IMG/VR virus record: IMGVR_UViG_3300047550_004845
Location: 7,906 to 71,905 of that record
Direction: 5' to 3' (one strand)
From: a virus
DNA: 64,000 nucleotides
Shown here: positions 45,509-54,400 of the stretch, one piece after another
How positions within the stretch are numbered: the first letter of the stretch is position 1
Layout: each line of letters opens with the position of its first letter
Translations under genes and position numbers: made by a program
Notes under the pieces: model-generated
The model's database searches: none
Seen by the model: the letters and a program-made list of their open reading frames with translations, nothing else
Told to the model about the DNA's origin: nothing

Positions 45509-47461
45509 ATGGTCGAGCGTCCTTCGATAACTAAACCAAAAACCGGGTATTACGACAGGTACTTCGGTCTAGGAGTGGGTCAAGGAGGCCTCGCGGGGTA
45601 CAAGGCAGATCCCTACGCCTTCTCTGGCAATGGTTACGTCACTGGGGGAACGATCCTCCCTCGCCGCGATGATATCCTTATAGAGGAGGGCGGTGGTGGC
45701 CCTAGGGCCATCGAGAAGTACATGCGACTGTTCAATGACAGTCACATCATTTCCGCGTGGGAGAAACTTACCGGCGAGATAATCCAGAGAAAGTGGGAAG
45801 TAGATCCGGTGAGTCCCTCGGACCGCGATGAGGAGGTCGCCGAGTTCGTCCGCCAGGTACTGTATCGCATGGGTACGAACACCCGCCAGTCCTACGGCAA
45901 GGAGATGCTCGTAACCTCAAACTCCGCGTTCGATACGTTTATCCGAGGACTGTGCGAGTCTCTGATCCTTGGAATAAGTATCGGGGAGATCTGCTGGATG
46001 AGGCAGGGGAACTACATCGTCCCGTCAGAGATAAAGATGAGGGACCCTCGTAGGTTTCTCTTTGTCCTCAATGAGGATGGCACCATCTCGCCAAGGTTAC
46101 TTACCGTAGAGAGCTCGGTGGAGGGGATCGCCCTTCCTCTCCGCTCCATGGTCATCCACAGGCACTGGTGCTACAGCAACTTCATGGATCCCTACGGGAC
46201 CGGTCTAGGGCGTCAACTCTACAGTCTCGTCGAGTTCAGAAGGACTCTGCTAAGTTTCTGGCTTCAGTACGCGGATAAGCATACCACCCCAACAGCAGTC
46301 GGTAAGTTCTCCTTGGGAACCCCAGAGGAGGAGGTGAATTCGCTCTTCACGGCTCTTCAGCGTTTAGGTCAAGAGACGGCCATAGTCATCCCTGACGAGA
46401 TGGAGATAAGTTGGCTGGAGAGCCAAGGGCGATCGGAGGTCTACGAGGCCCTGATAGACTACGTCGATCGGCAGATCAGCTTTGTGATCAATGGTGAGAA
46501 CACCGTAGGGCAGGAGACCGGAAGTGTCGGGTCGTACGCTAGGGACCAAGTATCCGACTCGGTCAGAATGCGCAAGGCTAAGGCTTTCTCCGAGGAACTC
46601 GACGAGACGCTTAATGCTACGCTGATCCGCTGGATCGTGGAGCTCAATTACCCCGGCGCGCCTATCCCGCGTCTCCGGAGAAACTTCGATGACCTGGAGC
46701 AACGGGAGGATCCAGTGAAAGTGGTTCAGATGCTGACCCAGCTCCAAGCGATCGGATACGAGGTCAAGGACCTAGACTGGGTAAGGGATAAGTTGGAGAT
46801 ACCATCTCTCAGCAAAGTGGATATGTCCGCGATGATGGGAGGTGGTGGCGCCCCCGGTGCTTCCGGCGCCCCGGGTGGTCCGCCCCCACCCGGTCAGGCA
46901 CCGATGGCTGAAGAGAAGAACCCCGAGGATGTGGAGAACGGCTCCATGGGAGCCTTCGGAGCCGACCCCACCTCCCACCTTGACCTGTTCGACTTCTCGG
47001 AGTTTGACGAGAGCGACGCTCTAGAGGAGAAGACCCAGAAGGACAAGGTCGCCAAGATCATCGCTTCCAAGTTCGATGGCGGGCTGGATGACGTCGGGTT
47101 CCAAAGAATTATCTCCTCGGGTGGTTCGGAGGTTGATGCTTCCAGCTCCAAGATGCACCTGGACGAGTACACCTCCCCCGGAGAGATAGCGTACGGGGCC
47201 CGCAGGGTGATGGAGGAGATCAAGAAAGTCCCCCAGATCTCACCGGATGATTCCATGATGAGAAGTTCCCTGGAGATGGACCTGCACTCCATGGAGAACC
47301 TAATCACTACGGGCGATATCACGGAGTGTGATGTGAGTAAGCTTATCGGGCTTTACGACAAGATATACAGACTCAGTCGTAAAGTAGTCTACAAAGAATG
47401 TGTGGTAGTAGACTGTAAGAAGGCCGGATACATGAAGTACTTTGCTCCGTACTTCATGTGA
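45509..47461 (+). CDS. Portal protein, Mu gp29-like (DUF935), with C-terminal extension
   Basis: DPYGTGLGRQLY, FWLQYADKHTTPTAVGK, AIVIPDEMEI.WLE, GSYARDQV..VR, ETLNATLIRWIVELN. Confidence 0.92.
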   Translation: MVERPSITKPKTGYYDRYFGLGVGQGGLAGYKADPYAFSGNGYVTGGTILPRRDDILIEEGGGGPRAIEKYMRLFNDSHIISAWEKLTGEIIQRKWEVDPVSPSDRDEEVAEFVRQVLYRMGTNTRQSYGKEMLVTSNSAFDTFIRGLCESLILGISIGEICWMRQGNYIVPSEIKMRDPRRFLFVLNEDGTISPRLLTVESSVEGIALPLRSMVIHRHWCYSNFMDPYGTGLGRQLYSLVEFRRTLLSFWLQYADKHTTPTAVGKFSLGTPEEEVNSLFTALQRLGQETAIVIPDEMEISWLESQGRSEVYEALIDYVDRQISFVINGENTVGQETGSVGSYARDQVSDSVRMRKAKAFSEELDETLNATLIRWIVELNYPGAPIPRLRRNFDDLEQREDPVKVVQMLTQLQAIGYEVKDLDWVRDKLEIPSLSKVDMSAMMGGGGAPGASGAPGGPPPPGQAPMAEEKNPEDVENGSMGAFGADPTSHLDLFDFSEFDESDALEEKTQKDKVAKIIASKFDGGLDDVGFQRIISSGGSEVDASSSKMHLDEYTSPGEIAYGARRVMEEIKKVPQISPDDSMMRSSLEMDLHSMENLITTGDITECDVSKLIGLYDKIYRLSRKVVYKECVVVDCKKAGYMKYFAPYFM

Positions 47462-47537
47462 TCGTGTGATACTGACTAAAACGTGTAGAGCGTGATTGTT
47501 TAAATATCTATAGAGATAATGCTATAGCATTCCCATC

Positions 47538-47966
47538 ATGCTAAATTATAAACCGATCACATCTAGTCAGTTCTGGATCCAGGCTTCTCCCTTCCAGCAC
47601 TACTTCACCACCTTCAGTGGGATCCGTGATACCGCCGGAACTTCCCAGTACGCCGACGGGGTCCGTGGTCGTATCTTCAATATCCGCGGTCCTCGCACCC
47701 TGTCCGAGGTCACTATCACGGTACCATTCGATCCGGAGAAGCACGCCGACATCGTCGATTTCTGGAAGGCCTACGGATGTGAGTTTGTCACTCTGACAAT
47801 TACCCCCGTCTCCTGCGGAGAGAGTCCGCAGCCTGTCGGCCAACGTACCATCACTATCCCCGACGCTCAGATGACGAGTCTTAACTTCGGGGCCGCGGAT
47901 CGCTCATCGGCCAACGTGTCCACACTCGAACTGACGTTCGTGATGGATACATTCACCTACAACTGA
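47538..47966 (+). CDS. Tail tube protein
   Basis: FTTFSGI......YADG......RGPRTLSEVTI...DRSSANVSTLELTF; GTTTAAAT at 47498. Confidence 0.8.
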   Translation: MLNYKPITSSQFWIQASPFQHYFTTFSGIRDTAGTSQYADGVRGRIFNIRGPRTLSEVTITVPFDPEKHADIVDFWKAYGCEFVTLTITPVSCGESPQPVGQRTITIPDAQMTSLNFGAADRSSANVSTLELTFVMDTFTYN

Positions 47967-47988
47967 TACGGTTTCTGGAGGTTGAGAT

Positions 47989-49056
47989 ATGAGCCTCTCC
48001 AACCTCTACTTCAGGGGTTGCTTTGAGCAACTCTCCGATGATCAGAAATCCGCGGTTGAGGAGGCCGGGGGTGAGAGTTCCGTGGTGGATAGGAGTTGCT
48101 CGAGCGAGGATGTGAATACCTGCGGGGTGAGCGTAGAGGAACTTTTTGACACTTACCAGATCTACGATCCCCAGAAAGGCCTTTATAAGTCATGGGGGGA
48201 TATAGAGTTCCCCTGGAAGATAAGTGGTCTCACTCCGGGACTTCTCTTTGCTCAGAGCGACGATCGCTGGGGAGTGGCCAGTTACAGATCCGTAGTCGCT
48301 TACCCGGAGGGGTCTAGGGTCCTCGTCATAGAGGATTACGGGCACAGAGTGAGTCTCTACGAGTCTAGCGAGGACATCGTCTCCGTGAGCAAGGCCTTTG
48401 ATCCGTCCAAGTGGACTAAAATCTGCCACGTAAGAACCACAAAACAGGTTGGATTACCGACTCCCGAGGAACTGAGAGCACGTTATAAGCCGTATAGGCT
48501 AGAAGTCTTTGACACTAGATGGGGAGAGTACACCGAGGAGTGGTCGGCAGCGTTACTACAGCAGAGTCTTACCTACTGTGCCTCAGTCACCTCCACGATC
48601 TCGGAACTCAATAAATGTGTGAGCAATCGCTCCTCTGACGAGTGGGGAGAGGCTAGGATCCGCCGACAGTTTTTCTACAGGGACGGGGATATTGTACTCG
48701 TGGATGGCGAGTGTGACGACGCCCTGTGCGTTTACGTAGCCACCCAGGATATCCCGGTCTCCGACGAGTTCCTCTCTGACAACGAGGTCTTCGATCCGAA
48801 TAGTGACCTCTGGCAACTTATCTACTGCGTGCCAACGGGTAGGAATAAGTGCCTGGAGTACCAGAGGAGAAGGAGGCCTGAAGCGGGATATGATGTCACC
48901 GAGATCGGGTCTCTAGGGCATTTCGTCGAGGTCCCCGTTCCCTACCGTCTGAGACCGTCGGCCCAGACACTCGATCAAAGCGCGGAGGTCAGACTTCCTC
49001 CCAGAGTTCTCTCGCAGGCGGAGATAGACGCTCTTACCCAACCGCAGGAGGAATAG
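47989..49056 (+). CDS. Hypothetical virion protein
   Basis: Two similar modules (FDPSKWTKIC and FDPNSDLWQLIYC); structural operon context. Confidence 0.65.
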   Translation: MSLSNLYFRGCFEQLSDDQKSAVEEAGGESSVVDRSCSSEDVNTCGVSVEELFDTYQIYDPQKGLYKSWGDIEFPWKISGLTPGLLFAQSDDRWGVASYRSVVAYPEGSRVLVIEDYGHRVSLYESSEDIVSVSKAFDPSKWTKICHVRTTKQVGLPTPEELRARYKPYRLEVFDTRWGEYTEEWSAALLQQSLTYCASVTSTISELNKCVSNRSSDEWGEARIRRQFFYRDGDIVLVDGECDDALCVYVATQDIPVSDEFLSDNEVFDPNSDLWQLIYCVPTGRNKCLEYQRRRRPEAGYDVTEIGSLGHFVEVPVPYRLRPSAQTLDQSAEVRLPPRVLSQAEIDALTQPQEE

Positions 49057-49062
49057 AGGGCT

Positions 49063-49896
49063 ATGGCAAAAGTTTTTGGTGGTGGATCGACTCCGTGTGG
49101 GGATAATGGCATAAGCAGAGTACTTCCGACATCCCCGGACGTGTTGCAGGCGGGTCAGTCCCAAGCCTTCTCCTCGGCACCCAACGTATACTCCAGATCC
49201 AAAGCGAACGCTGGGGACATCAATCTTCAGGACTTCTACACGAAGTCGGAGGTTCAGAGACTTCTGAGGACAAAAGCGGATATCTCCTCGGTGTATACCA
49301 AGACCGAGGTTGATTCGTCTCTGGTAGCTCTGGAGAACCAGATAAATCAGTCCCTTCTAGCATTCATAACAGAGCCGGAGGTGGATGCCAAGATCGCCGC
49401 CTCGTACAGTTCTGCACTGTCCTACGTCTCTCAGAACTACTTCACTAAATCGCAGACCTACTCCAGGTCCCAGGTAGATAGCCTCATCGCGGCTATAGAG
49501 GTGGGTGATGGGTTCGTGGTGAAACAGCCCTCCACCACGGCCGATAACACCATCTCCCCGGGCGCCAACGAGGCCATCCCGCTCACCCTCGTGGCCTCCA
49601 CCGACCCGGACATCACCACTATCCAGCACTGGGTGGATAACCAATCCAACTCGGTGGGTAGGGTCAGGACCTCGGGGAAAGTGGAGTTCTACGGGTACAT
49701 GGCGCTGGGCCAGAACACCGAGAGTTGGAGGCCCGCTCTGGACGTAAGTAGCAGAAGAATCAGCGGAGTAGCCGATCCTATTCACATCCTCGACGCTGTA
49801 AACAGAAAGTACATGGAGGATTTCGTGGTGGATGCTATAGATAACATACAGCAGGGTCTCGATAACGCCTATGATATCGATTGCCTGGTATATTAG
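49063..49896 (+). CDS. Fibre-like virion protein
   Basis: Repeated YTKSEV/YTKTEV/YSRSQV; RISGVADP...DAVNRKY. Confidence 0.7.
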   Translation: MAKVFGGGSTPCGDNGISRVLPTSPDVLQAGQSQAFSSAPNVYSRSKANAGDINLQDFYTKSEVQRLLRTKADISSVYTKTEVDSSLVALENQINQSLLAFITEPEVDAKIAASYSSALSYVSQNYFTKSQTYSRSQVDSLIAAIEVGDGFVVKQPSTTADNTISPGANEAIPLTLVASTDPDITTIQHWVDNQSNSVGRVRTSGKVEFYGYMALGQNTESWRPALDVSSRRISGVADPIHILDAVNRKYMEDFVVDAIDNIQQGLDNAYDIDCLVY

Positions 49897-49917
49897 GTAC
49901 CTAGTACCTAGTACCTA
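49897..49917. repeat. Short tandem repeat (GTACCTA)x3
   Basis: Three exact copies in the intergenic gap. Confidence 0.85.
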
Positions 49918-49934
49918 GGAGATTAAAGTGAGAT

Positions 49935-51917
49935 ATGACACAGACACCAACTCCCCCACGCGATAAGGTCCGGCTCAGACGCTCCCCGGTATTCACCAAG
50001 AGGCCTCTTGTTGTGGATATAGAGGACGGGGAACTGGCCGTGAACTTCAACGCCAGTGAACCGGGACTTTTCATCCGCGACCTTGACGACCAGGGGAATA
50101 GGAGGATAAGGAAGATAGGACCGATCCACTTTGGCCCGACGCCACCCAACTCCACTGCTAGCACTTACGGTTTCCCCGTTGAGCTTTCTAATGGCGAGTG
50201 TTGGGTGGATACCTCAGCGGGAGTGGATAAGTACCTTCTCAAGGTGTGGAATCAGACCGCCGGCGGAGGGACCGGCGCGTGGATAGAGGTGGGGGATGTG
50301 TACGGTCGAACGGACGACTACCTTGACCAGTTCAAGAACGGTGCCGATGGGGACGATTACATCCACACCGATCGCACCCGTCTGAAGATAAACAATAAGA
50401 CAGCTCTTCGAGGACTATCAACAACCTCCGGTAACAGACTCATAATCAACGAGGGGAATGAGTTTGCCAACGGTGTGGAGGTTAACGCTGCCCAACTCGA
50501 CGTGAATACGGGCGGTGTGAGTCTCGTCTCCGATACCATGAGTCCGTTCCAGACTGACTCAGTGAGTTCAAACACCTTTACCTACCTTGCTCACGGTCTC
50601 TTTAACAGGGAGCGGGTGTACGTCTATCCCGAACTCTCCAACGGTACCACACCGTCACCTCTGCAGTCTGGCGACTACGTGGTTATCAACGCGAGCAATG
50701 ACACATTCCAACTCAGTCTGAATGGAACGACACCTGTAGCATGTTCGGGAAACATCTACCTCTCCCCCTACGAGGAGATCGAGATAGACGCCGAGGTGAA
50801 CTACTTCTCTACCGGGAACTTCGCCTACAAGGATCTCAGGTTCGCCCCGGCTGACGGGCAGATCGAGGATGGGCACTGGGACGTGTACCACAACCCCACC
50901 AACGGCAATCTTAGAATCCTCGCCAGGGCCGGGAACGCCCTCATCGAGCCGGAGGGTCCCGGTCTCTCCGTCGAGGTGAAGAACTCCTCGGCGACGGAGA
51001 CCATTCCGGCCGGGTACCCCGTGCATATCTCCGGTTACGATGTTGTGGGAAAGGTCACCAAGGTCTCCATGGCGAAGGCCCACGATCCCTCCACAATGCC
51101 CGCTATCGGCGTGACAAAGGAGTCCATCGCCCCGGGCTCCAAGGGTTACGTGGTCTTCCTGGGGAGGATAGAGGGACTTAATACGGCGTCGTTGCCCGGA
51201 TCGAGTGGGAGCGGCAGTGCTGACGAGGGAAGAGTGCTCTACGTCGGAGCTACCGGAGGCCTGACGTTTACCCCGCCCTCCAATCTCCCCGAGTCGTCCG
51301 GAACCCAGGCCATCGGAGTGCTCGTGAGGCAGAGTTCCACCTCTGGGACCATCGTTGTCAACAACCCGGCTACATTCACCGGCCAACCACCACTCCCGGA
51401 GAACTACGTCTGGGTGGGGGATAGTGGCAATGTCGCCCAGGCCCGCCGCCTCAACCTTGACTCGTTTCAGGTCAGATTAGCCGATGATAATGTCACGGAG
51501 TTGGCCCTGGCCTCCAACATCAAGTTCGGAGGGTACGAGTTTCTCTACGACGGCGGGACCGGGTCGAAGGTGCAGACGAAGGTCTCGAGCGGGATCATCT
51601 CCACGATCACTTTTGATCCGGTAGTTGTGGCCACATTCGACTCACTAACCTACCGCTCCGCCAAATTCATCATACAGCTCTCAGCGCTTATCCCGAACGA
51701 TAACTACGAGATCTCTGAGATACTTGTTGTTCATAACGGCTCGACGGCCTACCTCACCCAGTACGGTGTCGTGAGTACACTGTCCGATCCGGATGGGTTC
51801 GGTGAGTTCGACGCTCAGATTGTCCCGGGCGGGGAGTTCCAGCTCACGTTCCGTAAGCATCCCTGGATATCCAACAACGTCGTGGTCAGGACTCTGAGAA
51901 CCGCTTTACTGAGCTAA
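49935..51917 (+). CDS. Tail fibre / virion structural protein
   Basis: N-terminal LRRS...RP.....DGELAVN fibre motif; C-terminal YRSAKF.IQ...SEILVVHNG..AYLTQYG. Confidence 0.8.
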   Translation: MTQTPTPPRDKVRLRRSPVFTKRPLVVDIEDGELAVNFNASEPGLFIRDLDDQGNRRIRKIGPIHFGPTPPNSTASTYGFPVELSNGECWVDTSAGVDKYLLKVWNQTAGGGTGAWIEVGDVYGRTDDYLDQFKNGADGDDYIHTDRTRLKINNKTALRGLSTTSGNRLIINEGNEFANGVEVNAAQLDVNTGGVSLVSDTMSPFQTDSVSSNTFTYLAHGLFNRERVYVYPELSNGTTPSPLQSGDYVVINASNDTFQLSLNGTTPVACSGNIYLSPYEEIEIDAEVNYFSTGNFAYKDLRFAPADGQIEDGHWDVYHNPTNGNLRILARAGNALIEPEGPGLSVEVKNSSATETIPAGYPVHISGYDVVGKVTKVSMAKAHDPSTMPAIGVTKESIAPGSKGYVVFLGRIEGLNTASLPGSSGSGSADEGRVLYVGATGGLTFTPPSNLPESSGTQAIGVLVRQSSTSGTIVVNNPATFTGQPPLPENYVWVGDSGNVAQARRLNLDSFQVRLADDNVTELALASNIKFGGYEFLYDGGTGSKVQTKVSSGIISTITFDPVVVATFDSLTYRSAKFIIQLSALIPNDNYEISEILVVHNGSTAYLTQYGVVSTLSDPDGFGEFDAQIVPGGEFQLTFRKHPWISNNVVVRTLRTALLS

Positions 51918-51979
51918 AGCGAAAGATTAGTTTAAAGTTAATGGAAATATAGATAGTTCGGGGGAACTGTGAACCCACT

Positions 51980-52201
51980 ATGGCAACAAATCGGAAGTTC
52001 AATGTCCGTCACGGACTGAGTGCCGGGACCGGACCCACTCAGAAGGACGTGGTGAATGATGTAGGCACTGTGTTGGATGTGGGAGTGCTGACCAGCCTCA
52101 CAACAACTGCCAAGACTAACGTTGTCGCCGCCATCAATGAGGTGAATGACGGTAACGCCAAGATCGACGACGTGATCGCCCTAGCGATCGCCCTAGGCTA
52201 A
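51980..52201 (+). CDS. Small virion protein
   Basis: LTTTAKTNVVAAINEV, ALAIALG; GTTTAAAG at 51930. Confidence 0.75.
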   Translation: MATNRKFNVRHGLSAGTGPTQKDVVNDVGTVLDVGVLTSLTTTAKTNVVAAINEVNDGNAKIDDVIALAIALG

Positions 52202-52225
52202 TCCGCACCGAGGAGACAGGGACTA

Positions 52226-52609
52226 GTGGCGAACACATTTAAAGCATTTTCAAAAAGTGGTATTGGTACCACTCCCACCACCGCCTACCAGGTAGAGTTA
52301 GGAGGAGCGGCAGGTAAAACCGCGATCGTTATCGGGATCTCGTTGGCTAATATCTCGGCGGTACCGATTAATGTCAACGTGCAGATAGATAGACCAGCAA
52401 CAGGAACCACGGCGGCTCCGTCAGATGACGTCTATCTCGCCAAGGATATCCCTATTCCGGCAGGAAGTACACTCGAGGTGATGGCGGGTCAGAAACTCAT
52501 CTTGGAGTATAAAGGAGGAGGGGTTAATGCCGGGGATAAGATTGTTGTAACGTCAAATACCGCATCCTCCCTCGATGTCATTGTTAACGCTCTAGAGATA
52601 ACATCGTAA
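52226..52609 (+). CDS. Virion structural protein
   Basis: MANTFK...IVIGISLAN...IPIPAGSTLE...KLILE..DKI.V.S....SLDV. Confidence 0.75.
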   Translation: MANTFKAFSKSGIGTTPTTAYQVELGGAAGKTAIVIGISLANISAVPINVNVQIDRPATGTTAAPSDDVYLAKDIPIPAGSTLEVMAGQKLILEYKGGGVNAGDKIVVTSNTASSLDVIVNALEITS

Positions 52610-53172
52610 TGGCACCGTACATCGGCTACGACTCGGACACGGTTCTGGCTCCGGGCACTGTAAATACCTCAACCAGCCTTACCATCCAAGGCGGGTCATT
52701 GATTCAGACTGGCGGAGATGTAAATTTCGACTCGAACACCTTCTTTGTTGACGAGTCGGAAGATAGGGTGGGAATAGGTACTACTCTCCCCGCTGATAAA
52801 CTCGATGTACGTGGCGGGGTGTTTTTTGGTTCAGGGTCAGTGGGGTTCCTGTCACAGGACGCTGGAGCGCCTCTCATAGCCTCTATCGGGGCCACGAACC
52901 TGCAGTTCAGAACCAGTGGGACTAATAAACTCATACTGGAATCCGGTGGGACGCTGAGACCCAGTGTCAATAGCACATATGACCTGGGTTCAGCAAGTTT
53001 TCGCTGGGCAAATATCTACTCGGCGGACCTTCAGCTCAGCAATGAAGGCTCCGCGAATGACATCGATGGGACATGGGGTGCCTACACTATTCAAGAGGGC
53101 GAGGAGGAACTATATCTCATAAACCGACGGTCAGGTAAGAAGTTTAAATTTCTACTAGAGGAGGTGGAGTGA
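52609..53172 (+). CDS. Tail fibre protein
   Basis: DRVGIGT, YDLGS...RWANIY.ADL.LSNEG..NDIDGTWG.YTIQEGEE.LYLIN. Confidence 0.8.
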   Translation: MAPYIGYDSDTVLAPGTVNTSTSLTIQGGSLIQTGGDVNFDSNTFFVDESEDRVGIGTTLPADKLDVRGGVFFGSGSVGFLSQDAGAPLIASIGATNLQFRTSGTNKLILESGGTLRPSVNSTYDLGSASFRWANIYSADLQLSNEGSANDIDGTWGAYTIQEGEEELYLINRRSGKKFKFLLEEVE

Positions 53173-53175
53173 CCC

Positions 53176-54393
53176 ATGGCTATCTACGGAACCCTGGGGG
53201 ATATCGACGTAACCTCTACAGACTACCCTTCTACCCAACCAACTCTCGATCTAAATTTCGCTAAGAGTAAGGTTCTAGATCAACGTATCACCTTCTATAG
53301 AAATAGTCTTGGGACCTATACTGATGATAGGGGAATTATTCGCACGGTTCCAGAGAATGTTCCTAGATTCGATCATAATCCAGCGACTGGAGAAAGTTTG
53401 GGATTATTACTTGAAGAGAGTAGAACTAATTATGTTAGATATAGTACTAATTTTACTCTGGCTGAATGGGCATCCTCTATGTCATCTACTGTAGCAGATC
53501 AAATAACAGCTCCTGATGGCACTAGTACTGCCGATTTAATTAGTGGAACTGGTTTTTTAAGATATTTTACAAGTACTGTTTCTTATAATAGTACCGGAGT
53601 ACATACAATCAGTTTATATGTAAAAGCTGGAACTAGTACTACAGTTCGTTTAAATCGGTATGATGGAACTAATGATGAGGGAGCAACTTTTAACTTAACT
53701 GGAAGTGGTTCCGTAAGTAATGCGTATGGACCTCCGGATAGAACATATATTCAACAACTTGCAAATGGTTGGTATAGATGTGAATTAACCTGTACAAATC
53801 TTGCTTCTGCAGACTTTCAAATACATTTAGATAATGCTGGAACTCTTTATATTTGGGGTGCTCAATTTGAAGCAGGTTCATTTGCAACCTCTTATATCCC
53901 AACATCAGGTTCCACGATAGCTCGTGCAGTTGATAATGTAAGCATCGCTAACCCAACGTTCTCGTTCCCATGTACCATTTACGGAGAATATGATACTCAA
54001 GTTCTTCAGTACGCAAGACGTCTGTATGAAATAATTCCGACCGGAGCCACAGGAACTCAATCCATAAGACCACTAATTCAAAATAGTGGGGATTTTGATT
54101 TCTTTACAAGTTATACCAGTAGTCATAGTGTCACTGGTCCGGCGGTGGTAAATACAGGATTTAAATTCTGCCAAGTTATCAGAACTTCAGGATATAATAC
54201 AGTATCGTTGAATGGTGGGGCGGTTACTAATAGTAGCGCAACGACAACGCTAACATCCACATCAACCTCATCTTTGGTTCTTGGGAATAGTAGTTTTGGA
54301 GACTCACCCAGGAATTGGTGCGGCCATATCAGAAGATTTATGGTTTATAATAGTGCGTTGACTAATACGCAAATTCAGAACCTGACCTTATAG
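53176..54393 (+). CDS. Head-spike/fibre domain protein
   Basis: PTLDLNFA, PRFDH.P.TGESLGLLLEESRTN, WGAQFEAGSFATSYIPT. Confidence 0.8.
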   Translation: MAIYGTLGDIDVTSTDYPSTQPTLDLNFAKSKVLDQRITFYRNSLGTYTDDRGIIRTVPENVPRFDHNPATGESLGLLLEESRTNYVRYSTNFTLAEWASSMSSTVADQITAPDGTSTADLISGTGFLRYFTSTVSYNSTGVHTISLYVKAGTSTTVRLNRYDGTNDEGATFNLTGSGSVSNAYGPPDRTYIQQLANGWYRCELTCTNLASADFQIHLDNAGTLYIWGAQFEAGSFATSYIPTSGSTIARAVDNVSIANPTFSFPCTIYGEYDTQVLQYARRLYEIIPTGATGTQSIRPLIQNSGDFDFFTSYTSSHSVTGPAVVNTGFKFCQVIRTSGYNTVSLNGGAVTNSSATTTLTSTSTSSLVLGNSSFGDSPRNWCGHIRRFMVYNSALTNTQIQNLTL

Positions 54394-54400
54394 TAATCTC

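Noticed and set aside
49897-49917. (GTACCTA)x3 as a regulatory or phase-variable element
   Set aside because: Short and intergenic with no second occurrence noticed; most simply a slippage duplication.
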